From NCBI GenBank assembly GCA_964252035.1, contig OZ176209.1: a DNA stretch of 64,000 nt; one strand, given 5' to 3'. Numbering within the stretch: position 1 is the first letter of the stretch; each line of letters starts with the position of its first letter. The position numbers and the translations under genes were made by a program. The notes below the pieces were generated by a model, which was not told where the DNA came from, searched no databases, and saw nothing but the letters and a program-made list of their open reading frames with translations. The stretch comes from Podarcis erhardii. Taxonomy: Eukaryota. Shown here piece by piece: positions 53,555-64,000 of this stretch.

Positions 53555-56109
53555 CCTCATGGCACCCCATTACCTAGGCCAGGTCCATGAACACCAATAT
53601 CATAATTGGAAGCTGCAAAGCCCAGAGCACCAAAGCGTTGGTAATTCTGGGGTGACTTGCTCCTGACTTACATGTCCTTGGGTTTCATTGTTAGTGCAAA
53701 AGGTCTCTAAGTGCAGAATTGATAATTCAAGTAAGAAGATGTGGTGGGAAGGAGTTCTCTTAAGTTGAGGCCTGCCATCTTCTTCCTGCATGACCACTTG
53801 GAAAGCGATAGACCTCTGTAGATGCCATAAACTCTTCTCATAGGGAAGGAAAGCTCTCTCTTTCTCATTAACCCCAGTCATAGGAGAAGGAAGTATTCTT
53901 TTGGTGGCAGCACAAAGCTGTAATGGGGGATGATGTCTATATGCTTTGTGGATCAGCGATCCTCACTGGAGCCTCACCAGCTCCTAGCACCGGGAAGAAG
54001 TACAGGATTCTCTCTCATCTCTCCCCCTTCCCCCATTTTTATGTCTCCAATCCTAAATTCTTTCTATGATAAGCGGGTGGAGGGAAGAAATAAAACTAGC
54101 TTGAAAGGCCTGCTGGAGTGAGCACTCCAGGGAAATCTACATAAACACTGCTTTCTGTCCAAAAGATGGGCTTGTCTGGGAGGATGGGAAGTCAGAAGAA
54201 TTATGCTATCTTCCAACAAGGGTATGGTGCCTTGGACACCACAGAGAGAAGGAATTTCGAGATATGTGGGTTAGAAATTGCTAGTAACAAACTTGAAAGA
54301 AAGACACTCTAAAAGTGCTATCTTACTCTGCACAGATCAATAATTCGATTCATGGTTAGTGTTGGCAGTGTGTGAACTGCACAAAGATTGTGCTTTTTTG
54401 GACTTGATTTTTTTTTTAAAAAAAATTAGTACCTAGAATGTACTAAATGTACGTAGAACAAATTATACTATTCCCGAGTAATCCCTTAATATTTCTTTTG
54501 AATTACTTACATGGCTGTGTGGACAATAAAGACGTGGAAATGGTTACTAAAATACGGACCACAGCTAAAATCGTATTTGCATTGTACTGCAAAAATCGAT
54601 TACCCTGCCACTGTAGGACTTAAAAATATTGGGCTTGGCAGCTTATGTTCAAGCTAACAAAGTATGTGTGGGCTTGAGAAAATCATTTTCTTGAGAATGA
54701 GTATGTGCAGAAATGGGCAACATTCCCCGTATTTTAGAAATATAGGTTCCAAAGTGACATTAGACTCCACTCATTATTTACAATGATTTGAACATTCTTC
54801 TCAGAGTTATGGAGACTGGTGATTAACGCACAATGTTATTTAATTTTCATTTTTCGTATGTAACTTTGTATGATAAACTACTGAAAGCACATGGCTACTG
54901 AATGATATGCATGTGGATATCATGCATGTTTCATGTCTGTAGCAGTTTCTAATCTTTATAAAAGTGATAAAAATAAAGCATATACATGACTTCAAATATT
55001 TTGAAGTAAAGCATGTTTCATCTATTTTTCATGGTGAAAGAGCTTTTTATCTATTAATGAAACTGAGCTCAACAGTCAATCAAATGAGAAACAAAGGAGA
55101 GAGAGAAAATGAACCAGGACCAAATACTGAGGATGAGAAACATGGCATTGCTAAGTTTAATTGGGACATTTTCTACCATGTATAAATCTTCATAATCATA
55201 GATAAGCTATGAGATAACCAAACCTGCCCTTGTGAAGACTAATCTACCAAATATCTACCTCCCACATTCTTATTTTTGCATTTCATTAATGAGGTGCGGT
55301 GACAGCTGACTGAAGTGACACTGCCACATAAATCAAATCAGAGGGTTGTCACTACTTAGCCAGCACTACCAGATCATCTAGCAGCAGGCAGGGATGGGGA
55401 AAAAACATTATTTCTGAATTATTGTGGGCTTTAACACTGTTTTATTATCTTTGTTATATTCTACATTTGGTTTCTGTGCACTGCTCTGTTATTCTCTGAC
55501 TAAAACACTTTATAAATGCTAAAATAAAATAAAACAGGAGAAACTCATGGTTTTATTACAAATGAATTAGCAAGGTGCTCACCAAGTAATGGAAATGTAC
55601 ATGGAAACACATCCTATAGGTTTTGCATGCACAAGGTCCCAGATGGAAACTCAACATCTCTCAGTAGGGCTGAGGATGCTCCCTGTCAGAACCCTGAAGA
55701 GTCATGGCCAGTCAACATAGACAATGCGCTACATGGACATATGGTATGACTATGTTCCTAGTGGTACCTATATAATCAGGCGGTCTTTTTGCTTGAACTG
55801 AAAACCCTTCTCCTCCATTTCAGACCAAACATACCTTCTGCTCCAAAGTGGCAATTAACCCCAGAAGGGGAAGCGTCCGTTGCCCCTCTCCAATGCCCCA
55901 CGTAGTCACATCTCTTTCTGGATTAAGCCCACCCCTCCCTATTTTGCTCAACCTAGTATAAGGGGCACAGTTTACAGGCCATCTGTAGGCACAGGCTGTG
56001 CAGCTGTGATGTTACAGAAGCCTCCAAGTGCCAGGCTTCAGGGAATCCAACCCCGCTCCCTCACAGCAGGCTGCCAGTAATGGAAATACAAGAAGCTCTT
56101 ACCAAGGTA

Positions 56110-56477
56110 AGGTAAAGGTAAAGGTACCCCTGCCCGTATGGGCCAGTCTTGACAGACTCTAGGGTTGTGCGCTCATCTCACTCTAGAGGCCGGGAGCCAG
56201 CGCTGTCCGCAGACACTTCCGGGTCACGTGGCCAGCGTGATGAAGCTGCTCTGGCGAACCGGCACCAGAGCAGCACACGGAAACGCCGTTTACCTTCCCA
56301 CTATAAAGCGGTACCTATTTATCTACTTGCACTTAAGGGTGCTTTCGAACTGCTAGGTGGGCAGGAGCTGGGACCGAATGACGGGAGCTCACCCCGCCGC
56401 GAGAATTCGAACCGGCAACCATGCGATCGGCAAGTCCTAGGCGCTGAGGTTTTACCCACAGCGCCACCCGTGTCCCA
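56110..56477 (-). mobile_element. Full-length Sauria SINE (Squam1/POM-type)
   Basis: Minus strand GGGACACGGGTGGCGCTGTGGG (A box), GGTTCGAATTC (B box), (ACCTTT)n tail; 13-bp TSD tcttaccaaggta at 56097-56109 and 56478-56490. Confidence 0.92.
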
Positions 56478-56543
56478 TCTTACCAAGGTATTTTATTCAA
56501 TATTCACAGAGAGAGACACAGGATGCTGTCTCTAGCATAATGG

Positions 56544-56906
56544 TGTTGATCCAAGTAATATCCTCCCCCACTTTACTCTCAGTCAGCAGCAGCTCCACCC
56601 CTTATACAGTGGCTGCATGAGGCCCTTTGTCTATTCGCTTTCTGTTCTCCCACTTTCACTGCCTTCCTGGTCCTAGGAGAAGGGTGGTCAGGAATGCTTT
56701 CTAATGATAACGTGTCAGCCAGCTGTTCTGGCTCTTCTGCTCCCTCTTCTTCTTCTTCCATTATCTCCCAGCTTTGTCCTTCTGTCTCAGAGTCATGACC
56801 TTCTGCAAACCACCGTTGTAAATCTTTACTGTCCTCCTCCTCCATGGAAAGTTCAGAAGGAGGGGGCTGGCCTCCACCATTCTCCTCAGTCGAGTCTCTG
56901 AGACCA
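56544..56906 (-). mobile_element. Probable solo LTR with an acidic reading frame in U3
   Basis: Minus strand TG start, GAGGAGAATGGTGGAGGCC, purine-rich acidic ORF 56579..56845, TATAAG (~56603), AGTAAA, and ...TCAACA end; TSD only partial (aatgg / aatca). Confidence 0.5.
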
Positions 56907-57255
56907 AATCACCGTTTATTGAAATGACCCATTCAACTATTGGAAGAGCTGTTGGGATACTGCAGGATGTTCTGAAACATCCTTACATCTCAACAGTAAA
57001 CAACCTACTCAAGGAGCCTATCAACAGAACAGGGTTTGTGCGCTCTTGATAAAGTTGTAGAGCTTGGAGAGATGTTCAGGGCTCAGATTCTGCTTCTTGC
57101 ACTTCCTTTGGTGGCTGACATCATTATTAGCTATGGAGAGCTCCTTTGCATTCACCCATTCATAAATGTGTAATGGCACATGTGTCAGAACATACAGGGA
57201 GGTCATGAAGGTTGAATTTAGAGTAACTCGGTTAGATGAAACCCTTCTGCTAATT

Positions 57256-57391
57256 CAGGCATAGGCAAACTCGGCCCTCCAGCTGTTTTGGGACTACAAT
57301 TCCCACCATCCCTGACCACTGGTCCTGCTAGCTAGGGATGATGGGAGTTGTAGTCCCCAAACAGCTGGAGGGCCGAGTTTGCTTATGTCTG
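57256..57391. mobile_element. Palindromic hAT MITE (136 bp)
   Basis: CAGGCATAGGCAAACTCGGCCCTCCAGCTG / CAGCTGGAGGGCCGAGTTTGCTTATGTCTG; perfect TSD tgctaatt at 57248-57255 and 57392-57399. Confidence 0.92.
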
Positions 57392-58073
57392 TGCTAATTT
57401 GTGTACTTACTTGTACTTACAGGAAATCCTATTTCAGCCAAGTACTTTAAATAGGAGTGACATGACAAGATAGGAATAAGGTCAATAATATCTAACAAGC
57501 TTGCCTGCATCCTTTTTTTTTCTAATAAAATGCTTAAGCGCTCTATTTAATGGACCTAGTCTTGTTTATCACTTACATATTGCTGCTGAATAGAGTATGA
57601 GCTCAAGACTGCAAAATCAAGAAAACTTTCCCATTCATATGTAATCTATGTTTAACTATTCTTTCTTTAAATCCTAGCCCGTTGGCATAGTGAACAAACT
57701 GATAAGGTGATGGGGATAAGTTAGAAGTACCTGTTTCTGAGAACAGTATTCTGCAGCTTCTGTGAATAGTTTTCTATTCTCAGAAGCTTTAATATGTGCA
57801 AAAATGTTCTGGAGTATAGACTTCCATCTGGATGTGCATTTTACTTCTATACCTGTATCTCTCTTAATAGACATGCAGCAGATTAAAAGCAAAAATAGTG
57901 TTCTGATTTAACTTATTTAAGGAATGTGGCTTAATCACAGGAATGCGATACTGTGCTATGAATTCTTTAGTTATAATTTTTCATTTAACAAGTTTTGTGA
58001 GAATACATTATCGCAACACAATGACATCAAAATAAGGTAAAGCATAATTCTTTTAAGAATAAATGTTGAGTAC

Positions 58074-58261
58074 CTGTTGTTTCCAAGGCCACGATCTTTG
58101 GTTTTAACATCAAGGTCATAAATAAAGTGTTCTTGGGAGATTCCTACAATATTTTCTGCAGTTTCATTTCCCTTAATGGTGATAACAGGATAACCCATTT
58201 GCAGTGTCCACTGATCCATTACTTCTTGGATATTCACAAATTTCCCAACCTTCTTAAGTGC
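58074..58261 (-). CDS. TRHDE: TRHDE coding exon (probable exon 9): ALKKVGKFVNIQEVMDQWTLQMGYPVITIKGNETAENIVGISQEHFIYDLDVKTKDRGLGNN(S)
   Basis: 188 nt inside ORF 57971..58291; acceptor ttttgaag|GCA, donor CAG|gtactc; M1-family motif MDQWTLQMGYPV. Confidence 0.96.
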
Positions 58262-58898
58262 CTTCAAAACAAAAATATGATAAAATTTCATTCAATATAT
58301 TCAGGGAGTACTGCCAGTATTATGTTACCTTTCAGGGCGGGCGGGGGGGGGGGGGAGAATAGAGGACTACTACTCTTTGCTTCACTTCAAAAAACAACCA
58401 TTCACAAAATAACATAGGGTATTCATGTCTGGGGTAGGAACTTCTGCTTCTTCAGATGTTGCTGGACTACAATCCCGATTATCCCTGGCATTGGCCACCC
58501 TGGATGGGGCCAATGGAATCTGCCAAGCCACAGGTTCCCCAGTCCTACAACAGAGGCTAGCCCATTGCTAGCAACATATTAAAAGGAACTAGACAGAAAG
58601 TGGACACAGGACTGTAATTTGACAATTTTAATTACCAAATTTATACAAAGAATTTAAACCTTAGTCATGGTGGAACCTGGAGCTGCCTTCACTGCAGTTA
58701 AAATGGTGCTGACATAATGTTTAAGTGGCACTAGACAACTGTTCTCCAGAAAAGGGAGGAACTGGAGGAGGAAGTACATAATATTGCATTCTTTTTCTGA
58801 TCCAAGAGAATCTCAAATCTTGTGTCTGCCCTACTCAAACGATGCGTGTTTTGCAAACCCTTTCATCTCAATGAAGTATGGCCCCTTCTTTAGCAATG

Positions 58899-58948
58899 AG
58901 CATTTAGAGACATATTCCCTGCCACAGCATTTAGAGACATATTCCCTG
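58899..58948. repeat. 23-bp direct duplication, period 27
   Basis: agcatttagagacatattccctg at 58899-58921 and 58926-58948. Confidence 0.85.
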
Positions 58949-59462
58949 GTTCATCTAGTCATGTGGGACTAGAGCTGTATTGGGGCAAAAGTATATCCAT
59001 GGAAAGAGCATTTTGTTTCCCATGCCCCTTTGCACATTATTCAATATGATTTTAATCTGTCTTTCTGTTTGTGAAGCAACAGCTAGCACATACTTGGGAA
59101 GGAGGATTTTTCACATGCTCTTTTCCATCATGACTGACATTACAGTTATTTGGCTGCCCAGAATACTTATAGTTGACTGCACCAAATCATAAACAGCTTC
59201 TCTTTTAGTCCATTACACTTCTATGTTGCTTCCTGCTTCCCTTCCGTTCATCTCAAAGGAGCTGATATCTGGATCCGTTTGTTTTGATTATCCATTTCTA
59301 GATACTCTGTCTTTCACGTTCCATAAATTTTTATTTAAGGATTTTCCAAAATGATATACAGCCACGCAAATAAAGCACTCATTAACAGGAATATGAGTTT
59401 CAGGATAGGATATTTACTCCTGAGGTTAACCCAAGTTCCCTGAAAACTTTAAACTGTATTAC

Positions 59463-59528
59463 CTCTGACAGCGTGTTCCATAGGTCCTTTCTGGCAGCAT
59501 TGCCATACTTGTGAATGGTTAGATAATC
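59463..59528 (-). CDS. TRHDE: TRHDE coding exon (probable exon 8): DYLTIHKYGNAARKDLWNTLSE
   Basis: 66 nt, acceptor ttttgtag|GAT, donor GAG|gtaata, phase 0/0; too short for the ORF track, read by eye. Confidence 0.95.
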
Positions 59529-59771
59529 CTACAAAACATATGTAAACCAGTCGTTATTGTAAAAAAAAAGCAAACTTATTCCAAGTCAAACTATGGTGCT
59601 CTATTAATACAACAATTAAGTATATTCTCATACACAAATCATATACATGTATCTTATAAGTTACAACAATAAGTTACAACAATATTATTTCCTAATTTGG
59701 GGCTGTGCCCCTGCCTGTTCACTCCACTCGCCAATCCCCTCAGCCATCCCCTCCATATTAACTCCCTAGAG

Positions 59772-59907
59772 AAGTGGTGGCCAAACTTGGCCCTCCAGCT
59801 GTTTTGGGACTACAATTCCCATCATCCCTGACCACTGGTCCTGTTACATAGTGGTGCTGGGAGTTGTAGTCCAAAAACAGCTGGAGGGCCAAGTTTGGCC
59901 ACCACTG
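59772..59907. mobile_element. Palindromic hAT MITE (136 bp), sister subfamily
   Basis: aAGTGGTGGCCAAACTTGGCCCTCCAGCTG / CAGCTGGAGGGCCAAGTTTGGCCACCACTG; perfect TSD ccctagag at 59764-59771 and 59908-59915. Confidence 0.92.
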
Positions 59908-61829
59908 CCCTAGAGCTTCCCCTTACCACTTCATAAAACTACTATGCACCCTTTTCACCTTCTGCACAGAAGCCACTACTATCTCTTCTACCCTCTTTCC
60001 CCTGCCTCCTCTTTCTTCCTTTTTTCAACTTTCCCTTGCACGCAGACACCCCCCCCACACACACAAACATTAGTTTGTTCAGTTAGAAAAGGTTAAGTTG
60101 ATGGATGTTGTACATATATGGGTGTTTGCTTGTCAGTCAAATACTACATTGAATCTGGAACTTCATGTTGAAGACAACACATGGTATTAGGAGTGAAAGA
60201 CTATATGTAAACAAAGGCAGGGATAAACAACTTTCAAAACTATAATTCGATGAACGAACTTTTTGCTCTCAAATTAATTCTCAAACTTTTAAATTTTCAG
60301 ACTTTTTAAAATGAAAAATAAATAAATTACAGCTTCTGCAGCAGTTTCCAACTCTGGGAAACTTTCCAAAGATAGGTGCTACTTATTATTTCAGCAGACT
60401 GTTTTGTGGTTTGTGTCAAGAAACCACAGACTCTGGTTGATAGCTAAATCTGTTATTAAACATTTTTAAAAGGAACAGTCTATTCAAGACTTATGTCTAT
60501 TAAGGTTTTATGGTCTTGCAATTTGATTCTGCAGAATTTTTTATGCTATCAAACCAAGTGCACAAATTTTAGTTTGAAACTTCTCTTAAAGAAGTGGGTT
60601 TCATCTCACAGAACAGAAGCTTCTTATGCGCAAGGGTTCTACTAAATGCTAAGGCAATTGTTAGATCAGCAAGTGTCTTTCAATGAATGTAATTAAGGTT
60701 TCTGACAATGTAAGTTTAATATTGATTTCTTTTGTCCTTTTCATTCCTAAGTTTTATCTCCCAACCTACACAATACTAGGGCTAGATTACATTTTATAGA
60801 TCCAGCTTCGTTTTGTTCAGTGTTCTGGAATTCCATAAAGCATATTAAATTGGATATAGAGCAAGAGATTTTCTACTTGATCTAAGCATAAAATGTGAAT
60901 ACATTAAAATGCATTTTATTTACCAGGTAAAAAGCAGGATTCCCATACATGTGAATGTTCACCACCTTCACTTAAGAAAAGCAGTAGAAGGCAAGCCCTA
61001 ATTTCAAGCAAAATCATTAAAAATTGTGCTGACTGTGTTTTCTGCATGGTATGTGCATGAACTAGGTATTTCAATGGTAATTAGTGTTTGGGGAGCAAAC
61101 ATCCTGATGCACAAATTGCAAGCACTCATGACAGATTTAGCTTTAGTTCTGTGAACTCGCTGTACAAGAAGCAGAAACTCCCATATAATCACAGCTTAGA
61201 AAAGTTAAATGAGAACACTGACTCACTTTAACCACAATGCATAGTTTTTTAAATGTCATGAAAATAAGCCTTAGAAAAGATAGCAGAATATATGCTCCTC
61301 CAACACACTGTGCTAATATCTAAAAATAAACAACTCAATGGTTTCTCCAGGTGAACTGATAATTTTTATAATAAAAGCACCCACAGTAAGCATATAAACA
61401 AGATGGGTTATCTAAGTCAGCCCCACTTATAAGAGGGTACGACTGGTTTTGTTTCCACGTTAGTTGCTATAACCAGTAGATGCATATGTTGGAAGGGTTT
61501 TCAATATTTGCCTTTCTCAACTACACATTCTAAGCTTCACATGGAAAATTCTATGCTCAGAAGATCACTGCTAGCGATGATATATTGTGACCCAGTTCCA
61601 GCATATGCAATTAGGGGATAACTTAAAAATGTGTCCATGCTAATGCTAAATGTTACATTAGAATCAGCCCTCAGTGTCAAAGGAAGAAAGACCAAGATCT
61701 TGAAATGTATGAGGAACTTTTCAAATCCCAGCAGACCACAATGGTTGTCAGGAATTTATGAAGTTCAGTCTTAAAGCTAATTTGACTGCTATGCTGCCAT
61801 GACTGATAGAAGAAGAGTATTTCATTTCT

Positions 61830-62351
61830 CAAAACAAAACAAATTCCTTCCAGTAGCACCTTAAAGACCAACTAAGTCAGTTCTTGGTATGAGCTTTCGT
61901 GTGCATGCACACTTCTTCAGATACACACAGGTTGATGGACTTCCATTTCATGCAGCTCAATGTGGTGCCTTCCATAGTTCCAGTTACAGATAGGTAGCCG
62001 TGTTGGTCTGCCATAGTCAAAACAAAACAAATTCCTTCCAGTAGCACCTTAAAGACCAACTAAGTCAGTTCTTGGTATGAGCTTTCGTGTGCATGCACAC
62101 TTCTCAATGTGGTGCCTTCCATAGTTCCAGTTACAGATAGGTAGCCGTGTTGGTCTGCCATAGTCAAAACAAAACAAATTCCTTCCAGTAGCACCTTAAA
62201 GACCAACTAAGTCAGTTCTTGGTATGAGCTTTCATGTGCATGCACACGAAAGCTCATACCAAGAACTGACTTAGTTGGTCTTTAAGGTGCTACTGGAAGG
62301 AATTTGTTTTGTTTTGACTATGGCAGACCAACACGGCTACCTATCTGTAAC
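61830..62351. mobile_element. Penelope-like element terminal-repeat array: three tandem minus-strand units plus one inverted arm
   Basis: Units spaced 188 and 147 bp (attccttccagtagcacc at 61843, 62031, 62178); spacerless palindrome 62130-62351 centred at 62240/62241; 12-bp TSD tatttcatttct at 61818-61829 and 62352-62363. Confidence 0.82.
61887..61924 (-). ncRNA. Complete minimal type I hammerhead ribozyme motif, sense to TRHDE
   Basis: GUAU-CUGAAGA-A-GUGUGC-AU-GCACAC-GAAA-GC-UC/AUAC: 4-bp stem I, intact core, perfect 6-bp stem II, palindromic AGCU helix III; predicted cut between 61891 and 61890. Confidence 0.72.
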
Positions 62352-64000
62352 TATTTCATTTCTGTCATTGATGTTCTCCTGATGTTGGCATGATCTTGAG
62401 CTGTATATTGGCCATGTTTTACTGTACACAACAGGTGTGAAGCACCTCCAACATTTACGCCAACAAGTCAATGCATGTTTCTTAACAGTTTACATTAGCC
62501 ACTACATTAGCTGCTACCGTTTCTTTTAATTCTTCCTACAGAACATTCGTAGGAAGAGGAAAATGTTTTTTTCTTTGGTATTTGTTTTATATACCGTGGA
62601 AGCTTGAATTTTCCTTTTAATTTCCAAATATGCCATTTTAGTAAAAAATAATAATATGTAGAGCTTATATAAAGAGAAAATAATGACACTTGAAATGAAC
62701 TGCAAGTTACAAACTCATGATACACAGCACTATTCATTATATTTTGGTGTTTTTGTTTTTGTTTTTGTTTTTGCACTATTCAACTGCTCTAGGGCTAGAT
62801 TGATTTTGTTCCACACTCTGCCTTTAACAATCAAGCGGCTTGTAAAATTAGCAACTGTAGAATTGTGCCTCTTGCAATGCCAGGTTCTGCTGGGCAATCC
62901 ACAGGGAGATTATAATGAACATTGTACAAATTCCTCCTCCCAAAAATTCTAGCTCAAGTACCTTCCTGTGAGAAACAGCAAGGAAATATAATGGAATCCC
63001 CCAAATCCCATCTTTGTGGAAAGACTATGAGCCAACACAAGCCAACATTTTAGCACACACTCTACCACAATCTTTTTCATATTCTAGGTCTTAAACATGT
63101 TTTCACATTACATTTAACAGTTCTTCCAGGAAGACCATTAATACCACAAAACATTCAAAAGTACGTCTCAATCCATCTTATATAAAAATGAAGAACATGC
63201 AGAAAGGCTGTCTTTACTATACAATGCCATAATTAAAATAATAAACTATACAACTAAAGAATTAGAAAGGTTAACTTTTTCTACTCCCCACAGAGAGAGC
63301 TGCTGTAAATTGAGGATAGGTTCTCCAAAGTGGGTAATCACTGAGAGAATTTGTTTTAAAATTGTAAATAAATAAACCAACAGACAGGTAAATTCTTTTT
63401 CAGTTGTTAAAATCCAGGACACCCATGCATCTAGAAAGCTCTTATTTTTGCATATCCAATAAATTTATCTAGTTTTTGTTTTTTTACCTTTATTAATGAA
63501 CTCCTGGGGGAGGGCAGGAAGGAGAATTCCTCATGGCAATTTGATATTCCAAGCTTCCCAAACTATGCTGTTGATAAAGTGACTAAGTTAGAGATCAATT
63601 TGTTGCCCATGTACTTATGGAAGGTCTTTACAATGGAAGAGGAGTGGAGGTGAATTTTGCAAATTTGCAGCCTCTTGCACACGCAAACACCCATCATGCT
63701 CTGGAGAGCATCCTAACTCTCCAGAACCAATTTTTGTGGGGTGCTGCTGCAAGTAAGTGGAAGAATTGGCACAAATAATTTCTCCCTTCTTCTGTTAGCA
63801 AAGCCATCCACTAGATCAAAAAAGGGCTTCACATAGGCACAAGGCAACCACCAGATTTCATCCTAAAGAGAGAATTTTATCTTCTTACACCTGCCAGAAC
63901 AAAATGTTCAAGGTTTCCTTAGAAAATGACTTCCTCAGTGATTACCTATTTTAGGGAATCTGTCCTCAATTTAAAGACAGCTCTCACCTGGCCTGCATAC

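Larger units (their letters stand above)
7450..59528 (-). other. TRHDE: TRHDE gene, 3' portion (12 coding exons; 5' part outside window to the right)
   Basis: Spliced translation of 12 exons (66,188,89,134,56,148,98,108,168,141,82,144 nt = 1422 nt) is one open frame matching the recalled C-terminal half of vertebrate TRHDE (e.g. DEDVWEFIWMKFHST, YGEALFMNSKLISGVTEFLNTE); every intron is GT-AG with compatible phases. Confidence 0.97.

Noticed and set aside
56395-56477. tRNA genes (also at ~14030-14100, ~25900-25971, ~36650-36706)
   Set aside because: A/B boxes are present but cloverleaf pairing is incomplete, and each is joined to a SINE body and tail.
61830-62351. CRISPR-like direct repeat array
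   Set aside because: Units are 147-188 bp with no unique spacers, the context is a eukaryotic intron, and there are no cas genes; a retroelement terminal-repeat array with a TSD explains it.
59529-64000. Next upstream TRHDE exon (GAALIRMLANFMGHSVFQ-like)
   Set aside because: Searched by eye on the minus strand and not found; presumed to lie beyond the window edge.

Overview
Vertebrate genomic DNA, most likely from a lacertid lizard (inferred from Sauria/Squam-type SINEs and CR1/L2/hAT content). The only host gene is TRHDE (thyrotropin-releasing hormone-degrading ectoenzyme, pyroglutamyl peptidase II, M1 aminopeptidase family) on the minus strand. I reconstructed its last 12 coding exons (59528 down to the stop at 7450; 1422 nt, 473 aa plus stop). 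All junctions are GT-AG and in phase; these are probably exons 8-19 by mammalian numbering. The HEXXH catalytic exons lie beyond the right edge. The introns are packed with transposon debris: CR1, L2, L1 and other LINE fragments, tRNA-derived SINEs, many hAT MITEs with 8-bp target-site duplications (TSDs), Tc1/mariner MITEs and probable solo LTRs. The most striking non-coding structures are two Penelope-like terminal-repeat insertions (36175-36389 and 61830-62351). They are built as long fold-back palindromes and tandem arrays and carry minimal type I hammerhead ribozyme motifs; one complete motif lies in the TRHDE sense direction. No CRISPR, rRNA or genuine tRNA genes were seen. Repeat family names are by eye and need RepeatMasker/Dfam confirmation.
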